Source: an uncultured Nitrospiraceae bacterium
GTDB lineage: Bacteria; Nitrospirota; Thermodesulfovibrionia; Thermodesulfovibrionales; Dissulfurispiraceae
Length of the DNA: 64,000 nucleotides
Assembly: GCA_963727805.1 (NCBI GenBank)
Contig: CAVSHF010000005.1
Coordinates: 288,001 to 352,000, forward strand
Reading direction: 5' to 3'
Shown: positions 28,996 to 39,269 of the stretch, piece by piece
Layout of the letters: the number at the start of each line of letters is the position of its first letter
Position numbering within the stretch: position 1 is the stretch's first letter
Notes under the pieces: model-generated
Told to the model about the DNA's origin: nothing
Databases searched by the model: none
Seen by the model: only the letters and a program-made list of their open reading frames with translations
Program-made: the position numbers and the translations under genes

Positions 28996-30432
28996 CTAGT
29001 TTCTCCCTTCCGCCGTCATGGGAAAAGGATTCCCACTCGCATGTCCGTCTTTGCCTCTATTTATCACTTCCATAGCCTTTTCCATCTTCATGCCGCGCGA
29101 ACCTTTAATGAGGACGACATCGCGCTCCCTGATGAGAAAAGCAAGATTATCTCCTGCCTCTTCGGCAGTATCCATAGCGATTCCCGGTCTGCCGCTTTTG
29201 CTGAATTGAGAAACCGCCCTGGCCATAAGCGGGCCAACCCCAATGAACAGATCGATCTTGAGTTCGGACAGCATTTCTCCAAGTGCCTCGTGAGCCGCGA
29301 TGCCATAATCACCAAGTTCAAGCATATCTCCAAGGACCGCGACAGCCCTGCCTTGCCCAGTCTTGTCAATCCGGCCGGCCGTCCTCATAAGTTCATGTAT
29401 CGATGCCTTCATCGACGACGGGTTTGCATTATAAACGTCATATAAATAGGTGACACCTCCCAGCCGTCTAATCTCAAAGCGCATCTTTACACCACCGAAT
29501 GCTTCGAGTCCCTCCTTTATTTTATCAAGTCCAACCCCGAGGGTGTGTGCTGCAGCGCACGCTGCAAGGGAATTATAGATATTGAAGCTGCCTGAGAGCT
29601 TCGACTCCACCCGTATCGATGCACCTGAAATGCACAGAACGAATTGATAGCCGTCTTCGGAAACTACGATCTCCCGGGCCGTTACATTGCACTCTTCATT
29701 ATCGATCCCGAAAGTGATTATCTGACCTCTGAAACTCAGCGAGACGCCTTTGATGAGAAAATCGTCGTCGCCGTTGATCACCATCTTATTCACGTGGGGC
29801 AGTATTTCGAGTTCAGCATCCCTGACCGCATCCAGAGAGCCGAACCCCTCAAGGTGCTCCATCCCTATATTGGTGACAACACCGGTATCCGGTGAGGCAA
29901 TCTTGCATAGCAGGTCTATATCACCCGGCCTGTTCGTGCCCATTTCGAGGACCATAATATCGGTCTTATCAGAAACCTTCGTCATGGAAAGCGGCATTCC
30001 CACATGATTATTGAGATTGCCCTCCGTCTTGAGAATGTTGAATTGGGTCCCGAGAATAGATGAGATGAGTTCCTTTGTCGTCGTCTTTCCGTTGCTGCCG
30101 ATAATGGCGAGGACAGGCCCCTTGAACCTCGTTCTGATGTTCTGGGCAATATGGTGAAGTGCCTGCAGCGTATCTTCAACAACAATAACGGTCTTGCCCT
30201 TAATTGATGGAGAATGGGAATAAACCGACTGACGGCTTACGATTGCACCCGAGCCAACCCGGAGAGCCGCCTCAATATAATCGTGTCCGTCAAACCGTTC
30301 GCCTTTAAGCGCAAGAAATAATTCACCCTCATTTATTGTCCTCGAGTCTATGGATATATCGACCGACTGCCTACGCCCCTCTGAGACGAGCGTGCCACCC
30401 GTGGCTTCGAGAATGTCTTTTATCTTAAGCAT
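28996..30432 (-). CDS. murF: UDP-MurNAc-tripeptide--D-Ala-D-Ala ligase
   Basis: GSNGKTTTKE, NNHVG, YNANPSSM, GDMLELG, KGSRG. Confidence 0.96.
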   Translation of the reverse strand: MLKIKDILEATGGTLVSEGRRQSVDISIDSRTINEGELFLALKGERFDGHDYIEAALRVGSGAIVSRQSVYSHSPSIKGKTVIVVEDTLQALHHIAQNIRTRFKGPVLAIIGSNGKTTTKELISSILGTQFNILKTEGNLNNHVGMPLSMTKVSDKTDIMVLEMGTNRPGDIDLLCKIASPDTGVVTNIGMEHLEGFGSLDAVRDAELEILPHVNKMVINGDDDFLIKGVSLSFRGQIITFGIDNEECNVTAREIVVSEDGYQFVLCISGASIRVESKLSGSFNIYNSLAACAAAHTLGVGLDKIKEGLEAFGGVKMRFEIRRLGGVTYLYDVYNANPSSMKASIHELMRTAGRIDKTGQGRAVAVLGDMLELGDYGIAAHEALGEMLSELKIDLFIGVGPLMARAVSQFSKSGRPGIAMDTAEEAGDNLAFLIRERDVVLIKGSRGMKMEKAMEVINRGKDGHASGNPFPMTAEGRN

Positions 30433-32015
30433 TGCGCTGCTCCCGCGTTACGTTTTTTCGCCCTGCCTCGCTTGCTGACGACAGTGGTCTCGACGATTGC
30501 TTCCTGAAGGACCTTTCTGTCGCTAAAAGGATGCTTGACCCCCTCGATCTCCTGATAATCCTCGTGACCCTTACCGGCGATGACAACAATATCACCCGGC
30601 GATGCCAGCAATACCGCCATCCTTATGGCAGTGCGGCGGTCTGAGATTACGATATAATTATCTTTTCCCATCTCCGCTTCTATATCCTCAATAATGATGG
30701 CGGGGTCTTCATTCCTCGGGTTATCTGAGGTAATGATAACGAAATCGCTCAACTGAGAAGCGATGCAGCCCATTTTTGGCCGTTTGCCCCTGTCTCTGTT
30801 TCCCCCGCATCCAAAAACAGAAATAATTTTCCCCCGCGACGGAGTATTCGCTGCTGTTCCGTCGGAGAGACAGTCATCCAAAAGCTGCCGCGCTGTCGCT
30901 AAAAGTCTTTCAAGAGCGTCATCGGTATGGGCATAGTCGACGACTGCCAGAAAAGGCTGGCCGAGATCGACACGTTCGAACCTTCCACTGACCAAAGAAA
31001 GTTCGGCAATCCCATCCTTGATGACTTCCATCGGAACTTTAAGGGGAAGCACCGCACAGACGGCGGCTAGAATGTTGTAGATGCTCGTTTGCCCTACAAG
31101 AGGTGTAATAAGATCCAAGCAGAAAGGCCAGTCTTTCATTTTGAGGTTGAACGAAGTACCCCTAAATGTCGATCTAACGTCTATTACTGTGACATCGGCT
31201 TTCTGATCGAACAGGGCAAATGTTATCTGCCTCACTGATGGCCTCTGTTCTCTGAGAATTGTTGAGAGCTTCTGACCGTAAGGATCGTCAACGTTTATAA
31301 CAGCAGTGCCGTCTTCGCTTAAAAGATCGAGGAAGAGACCTTTCTTGACGTTGAAATAATCCTCCATCGTTCCATGGAAGTCGAGATGGTCCCTCGTAAG
31401 GTTAGAGAAGACAGCAATCTTAAATTGTGTAAAGTCCGTTCTTTTTTGAGCTATGGCGTGGGAAGAGACTTCGGCGACGACATAATCACATTTTTTATCG
31501 GCCATTTCTCGCAAAAGGCGCTGGAAGTCGCTCGCTTCGGGCGTCGTGTGCGGGGCCTCAAACGAGTCATCCCTTATCATATATCTGATGGTTCCAATTA
31601 AACCTACACCTTTACCCCACTTTTCGAGTACAGATTTAATGAGGTAGCTCGTGGTCGTCTTTCCGTTTGTGCCGGTAATACCGATCATTCCCAACTCTTC
31701 AGATGGGTTACCATAAAACGCACTTGAAAACGCCGCAAGAGCACCCCTGCAATCATTCACCCTAATCCATGCGACTGCTGGATATTTCCCGATAAAGCCG
31801 GTCAGTTTCGGATGCCCTTTCTCGCAAACTACGGCTATCGCACCCTTGGCAATAGCACCCTCGATGAAATTGTGACCGTCGGTCGTCTGCCCCTTTATGG
31901 CAACAAAGATAAACCCTGCTTTAACGACCCTGGAATCATATGTGATCCCCCTTATCTCCTTTTGATCGTCTCCTATCAAGAAGTGATCATATTTAAGAAT
32001 ATCATTCAGTATCAA
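30420..32015 (-). CDS. murE: UDP-MurNAc-dipeptide--meso-DAP ligase
   Basis: GTNGKTT, HTTPE, DYAHT, DNPR (DAP-type motif), GKGHE. Confidence 0.97.
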   Translation of the reverse strand: MILNDILKYDHFLIGDDQKEIRGITYDSRVVKAGFIFVAIKGQTTDGHNFIEGAIAKGAIAVVCEKGHPKLTGFIGKYPAVAWIRVNDCRGALAAFSSAFYGNPSEELGMIGITGTNGKTTTSYLIKSVLEKWGKGVGLIGTIRYMIRDDSFEAPHTTPEASDFQRLLREMADKKCDYVVAEVSSHAIAQKRTDFTQFKIAVFSNLTRDHLDFHGTMEDYFNVKKGLFLDLLSEDGTAVINVDDPYGQKLSTILREQRPSVRQITFALFDQKADVTVIDVRSTFRGTSFNLKMKDWPFCLDLITPLVGQTSIYNILAAVCAVLPLKVPMEVIKDGIAELSLVSGRFERVDLGQPFLAVVDYAHTDDALERLLATARQLLDDCLSDGTAANTPSRGKIISVFGCGGNRDRGKRPKMGCIASQLSDFVIITSDNPRNEDPAIIIEDIEAEMGKDNYIVISDRRTAIRMAVLLASPGDIVVIAGKGHEDYQEIEGVKHPFSDRKVLQEAIVETTVVSKRGRAKKRNAGAAQCLR

Positions 32016-33742
32016 TGTTTCTCCTCTTTGTTCGAGACCAAAAGCAACCCTTTGTCGGCCGCATTGTCCATCGGCACGGTCAGATACGAAAGGGCTTGGT
32101 TCGCGATATCTTTGAAGACCGGCGCGGCCACGATGCCGCCATAGATCTGTCCTTTCGGTTCCTTGATAACGACGATCATCGCCAGTCGCGGATTGTCCGC
32201 AGGAACAAAGCCAACAAAAGAGCCGATGTACCTGGTCTTCGAATAATGCTTCGTTACGGGATCGAAGAGCTGCGCTGTCCCGGTCTTTCCTGCCACCTGA
32301 TTCCCTTCCACCGCTGCCTCTGTTGCCGTACCGCCCTGCTCGGTTACCGTTTTAAGAATCCCTCGGAAAACGGCAGCTGTTTCAGCAGAGATTATCTTCT
32401 GCGTCTTCGGTTCAATCTTCGATATGATCGTGCCGTTGGGGGAGCGTACCTCTTTAACAACATGAGGTGTTACAAGATAACCTCCGTTGGCTACTGCCGA
32501 ATAAGCTCTCAGTACCTGAAGAGGCGTGACTGCAATCTCCTGGCCGATTGCCATGGCCCCTATCGATGTCCCCGACCACCTTTCAGCAGGTTTCACGATT
32601 CCGGAAATTTCTCCCTGAAGATCAATGCCGGTTTTATCGCCAAAACCAAATTTTTTAATATACTCATAGAACTTCGATTTCCCGACCATAAGGGCCGTCT
32701 TGATTGTTCCAACGTTTGATGATTTCTGTATGACCTCTCGAAAGGCGAGAACGCCGTGTTTGTGGTCATCTTTGATCCTTCTGCCGCCCACCTCAACAGA
32801 GCCTGCGCTGCAGTCAAATCGCGTTTCAGGATTCACTACCCTTTCTTCGAGGGCAGCGATACCTACTACTATTTTAAAGGTTGAGCCCGGCTCAAAACAA
32901 TCCGTAATGGCCCTATTGCGTACCTCTGAGAGATTGACCTCTGAAAGCTCCCCCGGATCGAAGGTGGGCCTGTTGGCAAGAGCAAGCACCTCCCCAGTGA
33001 ACGGGTCCATCATGATAGCCGTTGCTGATACGGCACCCCACTTTTTCATCGCCGCATCGAGGTTCTTTTCCAATATAAATTGTAAGCCCTCATCGATGGT
33101 AAGGACGATGTTATTGCCACGAATATCCTTAGTACTGCCCTCGGAAAGTGAGTTCCCTCTGGCGTCGCGCACAACATAGGAACTCTCTTCCTTCGCAGTA
33201 AGGTATTTTTCGTATCCCTTCTCGACGCCCTCTATGCCTTTGTTGTCAAGATTGACAAAGCCGATAACGTGGGAGGCAAGGGTACCCTTAGGGTACACCC
33301 TCTTCATCTCAGGGACAAGGCCGACACCCGTAAGGCGGAGATTATTAATCCGCCTGGCTTTCTCGGTTTCCATCTTCCGCTCGACCCAGCTGAAATGCTT
33401 GCCAGTCACAAGCTTCGTGTAAATGGCCTTTTCGTTTTTGTGGATATTCAGTGAGAGGGTGCGGGCGATCTGGTCTGCCGACTTTACTTCCGAGGGATTA
33501 CAGAAGACAGATTCTGTTTCGACATTAATCGCGAGTTCGCGACCCAGGCGGTCGAAAATGATTCCCCGCTTTACCGGGATGATCTCTTTTCTGACCTGCT
33601 GGCCGCGTGCTTTAAGGAGGTATCGTTCATGGTTGACCAGCATGATGTCGACAAGACGGCAGAATACCGCCAGAAAACCTAACGACAACAGCGCCATCAT
33701 AACAAGCGCTCTCTTCCGGTGACTGTTGTTTATTCCCGCCAT
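32012..33742 (-). CDS. ftsI: Penicillin-binding protein 3
   Basis: RGIIFDR, EPGSTFK, SSN, KTGTAQ. Confidence 0.95.
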   Translation of the reverse strand: MAGINNSHRKRALVMMALLSLGFLAVFCRLVDIMLVNHERYLLKARGQQVRKEIIPVKRGIIFDRLGRELAINVETESVFCNPSEVKSADQIARTLSLNIHKNEKAIYTKLVTGKHFSWVERKMETEKARRINNLRLTGVGLVPEMKRVYPKGTLASHVIGFVNLDNKGIEGVEKGYEKYLTAKEESSYVVRDARGNSLSEGSTKDIRGNNIVLTIDEGLQFILEKNLDAAMKKWGAVSATAIMMDPFTGEVLALANRPTFDPGELSEVNLSEVRNRAITDCFEPGSTFKIVVGIAALEERVVNPETRFDCSAGSVEVGGRRIKDDHKHGVLAFREVIQKSSNVGTIKTALMVGKSKFYEYIKKFGFGDKTGIDLQGEISGIVKPAERWSGTSIGAMAIGQEIAVTPLQVLRAYSAVANGGYLVTPHVVKEVRSPNGTIISKIEPKTQKIISAETAAVFRGILKTVTEQGGTATEAAVEGNQVAGKTGTAQLFDPVTKHYSKTRYIGSFVGFVPADNPRLAMIVVIKEPKGQIYGGIVAAPVFKDIANQALSYLTVPMDNAADKGLLLVSNKEEKH

Positions 33743-33763
33743 CGCCCCCTGCTGTCAAAAAGA

Positions 33764-34090
33764 TTATTGTGTGGTATATGAAGCCTTGTAGGGACCCTTT
33801 ACATCAACCCCCTTAACATAGACAACCCGCTTTCTCTCGGGGAAAGAAAAACCAGACCCTGCGAAGTCAATCTTGTCGACCCTTGTAAGTGCCATAAGTC
33901 CCGCCTTCTGGGCCACTAGAGTCTTCTGGTCCCTGAGGGCTTCTGTCTTCATTTTCTCAAGAGTACTCAGCTTATATTCGAGGGATGTGACACTCGCTCT
34001 CAGCCAGACAACCGTGAAGACCGCGATGATGAGAAAGAAGATCGAAAGCACCTTGGCGATCGATACAATCTTGTTCTTTCTGTACCTCAT
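33764..34090 (-). CDS. ftsL: Cell division protein FtsL-like
   Basis: Short basic N-terminus, single TM, coiled coil; lies between rsmH and ftsI. Confidence 0.75.
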   Translation of the reverse strand: MRYRKNKIVSIAKVLSIFFLIIAVFTVVWLRASVTSLEYKLSTLEKMKTEALRDQKTLVAQKAGLMALTRVDKIDFAGSGFSFPERKRVVYVKGVDVKGPYKASYTTQ

Positions 34091-34974
34091 ATCTTTTCTA
34101 CCCCCCTCAATTTCGCGCTTCGGGCTGCTGGGTTTTTTAAGACTTCCTCCCTGACCGGAGCTATGGGTTTTTTTGTCAAAATTCTGAGGACCCGTTCCCT
34201 GCTCAAATCTCTGAATGTGTTCTTGACAATTCGGTCTTCAAGTGAGTGATAGGCTATAACGCATATTCTTCCGCCCACCTTCAGCATGCCAACCGCCGCA
34301 GAGAGTCCATTTCTAAGCTCCTCGAGCTCCTTATTGACTTCTATTCTCAGGGCCTGAAATGTCTTGGTGGCCGGATGGGTTTTCCCCCTGCCGCCGTAGG
34401 CCTGAAAGACTAGCTCCGCAAGCTCAGAGCACGTATTGATCGGGGCCGACTGCCTGCTCATCACTATCTTCCTAGCAATCTTCCTGAAAAGCGGTTCCTC
34501 GCCGAACTCCTTAAGAATCCGCTGTAGTTCCTTTTCGGAATACCGGTTCACGACTTCCCATGCGCTTAGTTTTTCTGAAGGGTCCATCCGCATATCGAGC
34601 CGCGCTTCGGACATAAAACTGAAACCGCGATCGTAGTCCTTTAACTGGAACATCGACACTCCGAGATCAAAAAGCACTCCGTCTAGGCTATCTATCTTAA
34701 GGTCCGACATGATATCCCCTATCTCGGAAAAACGTTTTTTCCGAAGATGTACCCTGCCATTACCCAATCTCTTTGCGGCGGAAGTCAGAGCTTCTTCATC
34801 CCTGTCTGTGCCGATTAGCATCCCTTCGCTTCCCATCCTGTCAAGGATTGCAGAGGAGTGCCCGCCAAGCCCAACCGTCGCATCCAGATAGATACCATTT
34901 CCCGTAACTGCCAACATGTCAACAACCTCATTGAGCAAAACCGGCATATGAACCGCTCGGTTGCTAGATTCCAT
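34087..34974 (-). CDS. rsmH: 16S rRNA m4C1402 methyltransferase
   Basis: HMPVLL, DATVGLGGHS, DLGVS, LDMRM, FQALRIEVN, HSLEDRIVK, RSAKLR. Confidence 0.97.
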   Translation of the reverse strand: MESSNRAVHMPVLLNEVVDMLAVTGNGIYLDATVGLGGHSSAILDRMGSEGMLIGTDRDEEALTSAAKRLGNGRVHLRKKRFSEIGDIMSDLKIDSLDGVLFDLGVSMFQLKDYDRGFSFMSEARLDMRMDPSEKLSAWEVVNRYSEKELQRILKEFGEEPLFRKIARKIVMSRQSAPINTCSELAELVFQAYGGRGKTHPATKTFQALRIEVNKELEELRNGLSAAVGMLKVGGRICVIAYHSLEDRIVKNTFRDLSRERVLRILTKKPIAPVREEVLKNPAARSAKLRGVEKI

Positions 34975-35419
34975 AGTCAGAAAGCTTCCTTGCGAAGGCC
35001 TCGACATCGACTTTATCAGGATTAGTGACGTCATCCCACCTCTGCTTGTCCCAGAGTTCAAGCCGGTCCATGAGGCCAACGATAACGATATCGTTTTCTA
35101 TACCGGCATTCTGCCTGAGCTCATAAGGGACCATCACTCTTCCGTTCTTGTCCAGTTCACAAGGAACCGCGGCGGAAAAGACGCGCCTCATGAAATACTG
35201 TAGTGCCTTATCGGTCATCGGCTTGCCCTTAACCTTTTCCTCGAGAAGGCTCCATTCGGCCTCCGGGTAAATATGTAGACACTTGTCAAAGGAAGCATTT
35301 GTGATATATATTTTCGATGAGCCATACTTGGCAAATAGCACTTCCCGCAAAGGAGACGGTACGATGATTCTCCCTTTCGGGTCTAATGTGTAATAATATG
35401 TTCCAGTGAAGGAGGACAT
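34964..35419 (-). CDS. mraZ: Transcriptional regulator MraZ
   Basis: F.G.....LDPKGR and LDKNGR duplicated motifs, ELWD; ATG at 35419. Confidence 0.95.
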   Translation of the reverse strand: MSSFTGTYYYTLDPKGRIIVPSPLREVLFAKYGSSKIYITNASFDKCLHIYPEAEWSLLEEKVKGKPMTDKALQYFMRRVFSAAVPCELDKNGRVMVPYELRQNAGIENDIVIVGLMDRLELWDKQRWDDVTNPDKVDVEAFARKLSDYGI

Positions 35420-35423
35420 TTTA

Positions 35424-35449
35424 TACCACTTTCTACCACTTTCTACCAC
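35424..35449 (-). promoter_or_regulatory. MraZ binding boxes (3x GTGGTA, 10-bp period)
   Basis: Minus strand GTGGTAGAAAGTGGTAGAAAGTGGTA, immediately upstream of mraZ. Confidence 0.85.
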
Positions 35450-35451
35450 AA

Positions 35452-35480
35452 AGATTAATAGAAATAGCTATTTATGTCAA
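35452..35480 (-). promoter_or_regulatory. Sigma70-type dcw operon promoter
   Basis: Minus strand TTGACA (35480-35475), 17-bp spacer, TAATCT (35457-35452). Confidence 0.75.
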
Positions 35481-35583
35481 GAGAGAATGCTATGTTTTTA
35501 TTTATTGCCCACATAATGTATTTGCATTATGATGTCCTACACAACATGTAGTTAGTTTCGAAACAATAGTGGGGCAAAAAAAT

Positions 35584-36771
35584 ATGTTCGAAGAAAATAT
35601 AAAGTTACTCAAAGAAAAAGGATTATTGAGACAAATATTCGATCGGGAAAGACTTGCCGAAAAGGCAGGAAGGGCTTCTATCCCTTCCTTGGCGAGGATA
35701 GTCATTGCGGGGACCGAATATTGTAACTTTGCCTCAAACGATTATCTTGGTCTGTCGGCCTCAGCAGCACTTACAGATGCTGCAAAAAAAGCTGTCCAGC
35801 TATTTCCGTTCGGTGCCGGCGCGTCGCGCCTTCTTTCTGGAGGTACTAAGTTCCATGAGGAACTCGAAAAAGCTGTCGCCGGCTTTAAGGCAACAGAGGC
35901 AGCGCTCATCTTCAACTCGGGGTATCAGGCTAATACAAGCGCCATACCTGCGATCGCTGGAGAAGGCGATGTCATTTTCAGCGATGAACTGAACCATGCG
36001 AGCATCGTTGACGGATGCAGGCTGAGCAGCGCAAGAAAGGTCATTTATCGACACAGAGACATTGACCATCTTCGTTCCGTCATTCATAAAGAAGGCGGCC
36101 GTAAAAAACTAATCGTCACCGATACCGTCTTCAGTATGAATGGTGATATCGCACCAATCCATCAACTTTATTCGCTTTGTGCAGGCATACCCGACATCAT
36201 GCTTTACCTCGATGACGCGCATGGGACCGGAGTGCTGGGCGATGGACGGGGAGCACTGGCCCACTTTGATATCGCACCTGAGCCATGGATCATACAGATG
36301 GGTACTTTTTCGAAGGCGCTCGGATCGTTCGGCGCATTTGTCGCGGCCAGCCGCGAGATAGTTGACTGGCTCATCAATACTTCACGGGGGTTCATCTATT
36401 CGACGGCCCTACCCCCGTGCGTTGTCGCCGCTTCGGCCGCTGCAATAGCTATCATTAAGAGCGATAGATCTTTGATCGACAAGCTTTGGGTCAATCAACG
36501 AAGAACAATAGAAGGTATCAATAAATCCGGCTTCGACATCAAGAGCACTGAAAGCCCCATCATCTCAGTATCAGTCGGAGATCTTCACCAAACACTGGCC
36601 TTCTCGGAAGAATTGAAGCGACGCCGAATCTATGCTCCGGCTATCCGTCCTCCCACAGTCAGGAGTTCCCGCATCAGGATAACCGTATCCGCGGTCCACA
36701 CGGACGACGATATAGAAACGTTGATCAATGCCTTCTTAGAGTTGAGAGAGTCAGCGCCGTTTGCCAAATAG
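35584..36771 (+). CDS. bioF: 8-amino-7-oxononanoate synthase
   Basis: FASNDYLGL, GAGASRLLSG, NHASIVDG, DDAHG, GTFSKALG, AIRPPTV. Confidence 0.9.
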   Translation: MFEENIKLLKEKGLLRQIFDRERLAEKAGRASIPSLARIVIAGTEYCNFASNDYLGLSASAALTDAAKKAVQLFPFGAGASRLLSGGTKFHEELEKAVAGFKATEAALIFNSGYQANTSAIPAIAGEGDVIFSDELNHASIVDGCRLSSARKVIYRHRDIDHLRSVIHKEGGRKKLIVTDTVFSMNGDIAPIHQLYSLCAGIPDIMLYLDDAHGTGVLGDGRGALAHFDIAPEPWIIQMGTFSKALGSFGAFVAASREIVDWLINTSRGFIYSTALPPCVVAASAAAIAIIKSDRSLIDKLWVNQRRTIEGINKSGFDIKSTESPIISVSVGDLHQTLAFSEELKRRRIYAPAIRPPTVRSSRIRITVSAVHTDDDIETLINAFLELRESAPFAK

Positions 36772-36798
36772 TGTCGTTTTTGTATATATTCAAAACCT

Positions 36799-37794
36799 AT
36801 GAGCTATATCGCAGTGATAGGCGCGGGAAGCTGGGGTACCACCCTCGCTTCTCATTTGTCCGAAAAAGGATACGACGTAACTCTTTGGACCCATGACACT
36901 GATCTTGCAGTCCGTATAAACCGGGAGAGGACCAACAGTACCTTCCTGCCGAACTTTACGCTGCCGCCGATGCTTCGGGCTTCCATCAACGGCAAGGAAC
37001 TGTCTAGCGCCAGGTATATACTGAATACTGTCCCCACGCAGTTTATCAGGCCGGTATTTAACAGGATCAGGTCCTATATCGACGATCAGGCTGTCATCGT
37101 AAGCGCGTCCAAAGGCATAGAGAACAATACACTACTGACACCGTCGATGATTCTTCAGGAGCTGGTCGGCAGACCGGTCTCTGTACTTTCAGGTCCAAGC
37201 TTTGCACGGGAGGTAGCTGAAAAGAAGCCGACTGCTATAACCCTTGCAACCACCAATTATAAAACAGGTCTTCTTTTGCAGGAGGTTTTCAATACCGACT
37301 ATTTCCGGGTTTATACGCATGACGACATCATCGGAGTAGAAATCGGAGGGGCGCTGAAAAATGTCATTGCAATAGCTGCGGGAATCTGCGATGGCCTCGG
37401 TCTAGGCCACAATTCGCGGGCGGCTCTTATCACCAGAGGACTGTCCGAGATGACCCGTCTCGGCCTTAAGATGAACGCCCATGAGGTCACTTTTTCGGGG
37501 TTAAGCGGGATCGGAGATCTAGTCCTTACCTGCACCGATATGCAATCGAGGAACTTCACCGTCGGACATAAACTTGGCAAGGGAGTGAAACTCTCCGCTA
37601 TTGTGAGCCAGACTCAATCGGTAGCTGAAGGGATAGCCACGACGCTTTCGGCCCATGAAATGTCCCTAAGATATGGAATCGAGATGCCAATCACCGAACA
37701 GGTGTATCAGACGCTCTATAAAGACAAATCACCTGCCGACGCGGTAACGGACCTGATGAACCGCTCGCTGAAGTCAGAATTTCACGGATACTGA
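36799..37794 (+). CDS. gpsA: NAD(P)H-dependent glycerol-3-phosphate dehydrogenase
   Basis: GAGSWGT, SGPSFA, GGALKNVIA, GIGDLVLTC, SRN. Confidence 0.97.
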   Translation: MSYIAVIGAGSWGTTLASHLSEKGYDVTLWTHDTDLAVRINRERTNSTFLPNFTLPPMLRASINGKELSSARYILNTVPTQFIRPVFNRIRSYIDDQAVIVSASKGIENNTLLTPSMILQELVGRPVSVLSGPSFAREVAEKKPTAITLATTNYKTGLLLQEVFNTDYFRVYTHDDIIGVEIGGALKNVIAIAAGICDGLGLGHNSRAALITRGLSEMTRLGLKMNAHEVTFSGLSGIGDLVLTCTDMQSRNFTVGHKLGKGVKLSAIVSQTQSVAEGIATTLSAHEMSLRYGIEMPITEQVYQTLYKDKSPADAVTDLMNRSLKSEFHGY

Positions 37795-37797
37795 CGA

Positions 37798-38541
37798 ATG
37801 GATATCGAAAAAATAAGAACACTCCTTGAAAAGGTGGAACGAGGAAGGATCTCGGTCGATGAAGCCCTCGGCAGCCTCAGGCATTTGCCGTACGAGGATA
37901 TCTCCTGCGCGAAGATCGATCACCACCGTGCCATGAGAACAGACATTCCGGAGGTGATCTTCGCCAGCGGCAAGAAAACTCCAGATATCGTGGCAATAGC
38001 TAACTCCATGATGAAGAGGAGCGGAAAATTTCTCATTACGCGAGCATCCGAAGATATTTATCGTGAACTAGATTTTAAAAAGGCCCGGTTTCATCCCGAT
38101 TCGAAGATCATTAGTTGCGGTGAACCACGGGCTAAAAAAGGGCGGGTACTGGTTGTCACCGCTGGGACTTCGGACATCCCGGTTGCCGAAGAAGCTGAAT
38201 TAACAGCCTCTTTTCTGGGATCTAAAACTGAGCGGCTCTATGATGTCGGCATTGCGGGGTTGCACAGGCTGCTCGACCACAATCATTTGCTGCAAAAAGC
38301 TCGAGTTTTTATAGTCGTAGCGGGCATGGAAGGTGCTCTACCGTCTCTCGTTGGAGGTCTTACCAACAAGCCCCTGATCGGTGTCCCCACCTCAGTGGGA
38401 TATGGATCAAGCTTCGGTGGGCTTACAGCACTCTTCGCGATGCTCAATTCCTGCGTACCGGGAATTGCCGTTGTGAATATAGACAACGGCTTCGGCGCCG
38501 GATGCCTCGCTCACCGAATAAATATGATAGGACTTAAATAG
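37798..38541 (+). CDS. larB: Nickel pincer cofactor biosynthesis protein LarB (AIR carboxylase-like)
   Basis: AGTSDIPVAEEA, DVGIAGLHRL, AGMEGALPS, PTSVGYG, VVNIDNGFGA. Confidence 0.92.
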   Translation: MDIEKIRTLLEKVERGRISVDEALGSLRHLPYEDISCAKIDHHRAMRTDIPEVIFASGKKTPDIVAIANSMMKRSGKFLITRASEDIYRELDFKKARFHPDSKIISCGEPRAKKGRVLVVTAGTSDIPVAEEAELTASFLGSKTERLYDVGIAGLHRLLDHNHLLQKARVFIVVAGMEGALPSLVGGLTNKPLIGVPTSVGYGSSFGGLTALFAMLNSCVPGIAVVNIDNGFGAGCLAHRINMIGLK

Positions 38542-38566
38542 AACCTACGGTTCAGAATTTAGGCCC

Positions 38567-38752
38567 TCAGCCACCCTGGAAGCCTCCTGATTTACCGTTA
38601 CTGCAACTCAGAGAACATGCATTAAATGATGATATTTTCTTCTTTATGTCCCTGGATTGGCACTTGGGGCATTTGATGTTGTCAGCCTTCGCTGAGTGGA
38701 TCATGGTAAAAGACTCGCCGCACTTCCGGCAGTCATATTCATAAATCGGCAC
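38567..38752 (-). CDS. FmdB-family zinc-ribbon protein
   Basis: GTG start after a GGAGG RBS; PIYEYDCRKCG...CPKCQS. Confidence 0.8.
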   Translation of the reverse strand: MPIYEYDCRKCGESFTMIHSAKADNIKCPKCQSRDIKKKISSFNACSLSCSNGKSGGFQGG

Positions 38753-38819
38753 TACTACCTCCATCAAATATCTTGTACTTATATTTATCCAATATCGGCA
38801 ACTAAAGTCAAACAGAATA

Positions 38820-39263
38820 TCAAAGTCCGAGCATCAAAATGCAGGCATCCTCCACCGGATTAATATAGTAATTTTTTCTCGTACCGATGTCGGTGAAATC
38901 CATCTTTTCATAGAACTGCCGGGCAGCGATATTCGAAGCTCTTACCTCCAGATAGAAGGCCCTGCAGCTGTTTATCTTCAGCCCACAAATAACGTCTTCC
39001 AGCAGCGAGCGGGCAATACCCCGCCGCCTTAAGTCAGAAAGGACAGCCAGATCGAGCAGGTGCCCCTCATCAAGTATCAGTCTCGTGATGATATAGCCTA
39101 CTATGCGTTTCCTGATAACAGCAACCCTCGCTATGGAGTATCTGCCGTAAACTTCACTGTAAAATGAATTCTCAGACCAGGGCATGCTGAAAGAGGAACG
39201 CTCGATGCTGGCAACATCAGGCACATCTTCCGGACGCATATCTCTAATAGCTATAGCATCCAT
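38820..39263 (-). CDS. rimI: Ribosomal protein S18 alanine N-acetyltransferase
   Basis: IERSSFSMPW, RRRGIA, LEVRASN, RKNYY. Confidence 0.93.
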   Translation of the reverse strand: MDAIAIRDMRPEDVPDVASIERSSFSMPWSENSFYSEVYGRYSIARVAVIRKRIVGYIITRLILDEGHLLDLAVLSDLRRRGIARSLLEDVICGLKINSCRAFYLEVRASNIAARQFYEKMDFTDIGTRKNYYINPVEDACILMLGL

Positions 39264-39269
39264 GATCTA

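Noticed and set aside
35584..36771. Possible serine palmitoyltransferase linked to the GNAT cluster (sphingolipid idea)
   Set aside because: Motifs (GAGASRLLSG, AIRPPTV) fit BioF; it is 20 kb from the cluster and has no adjacent ACP
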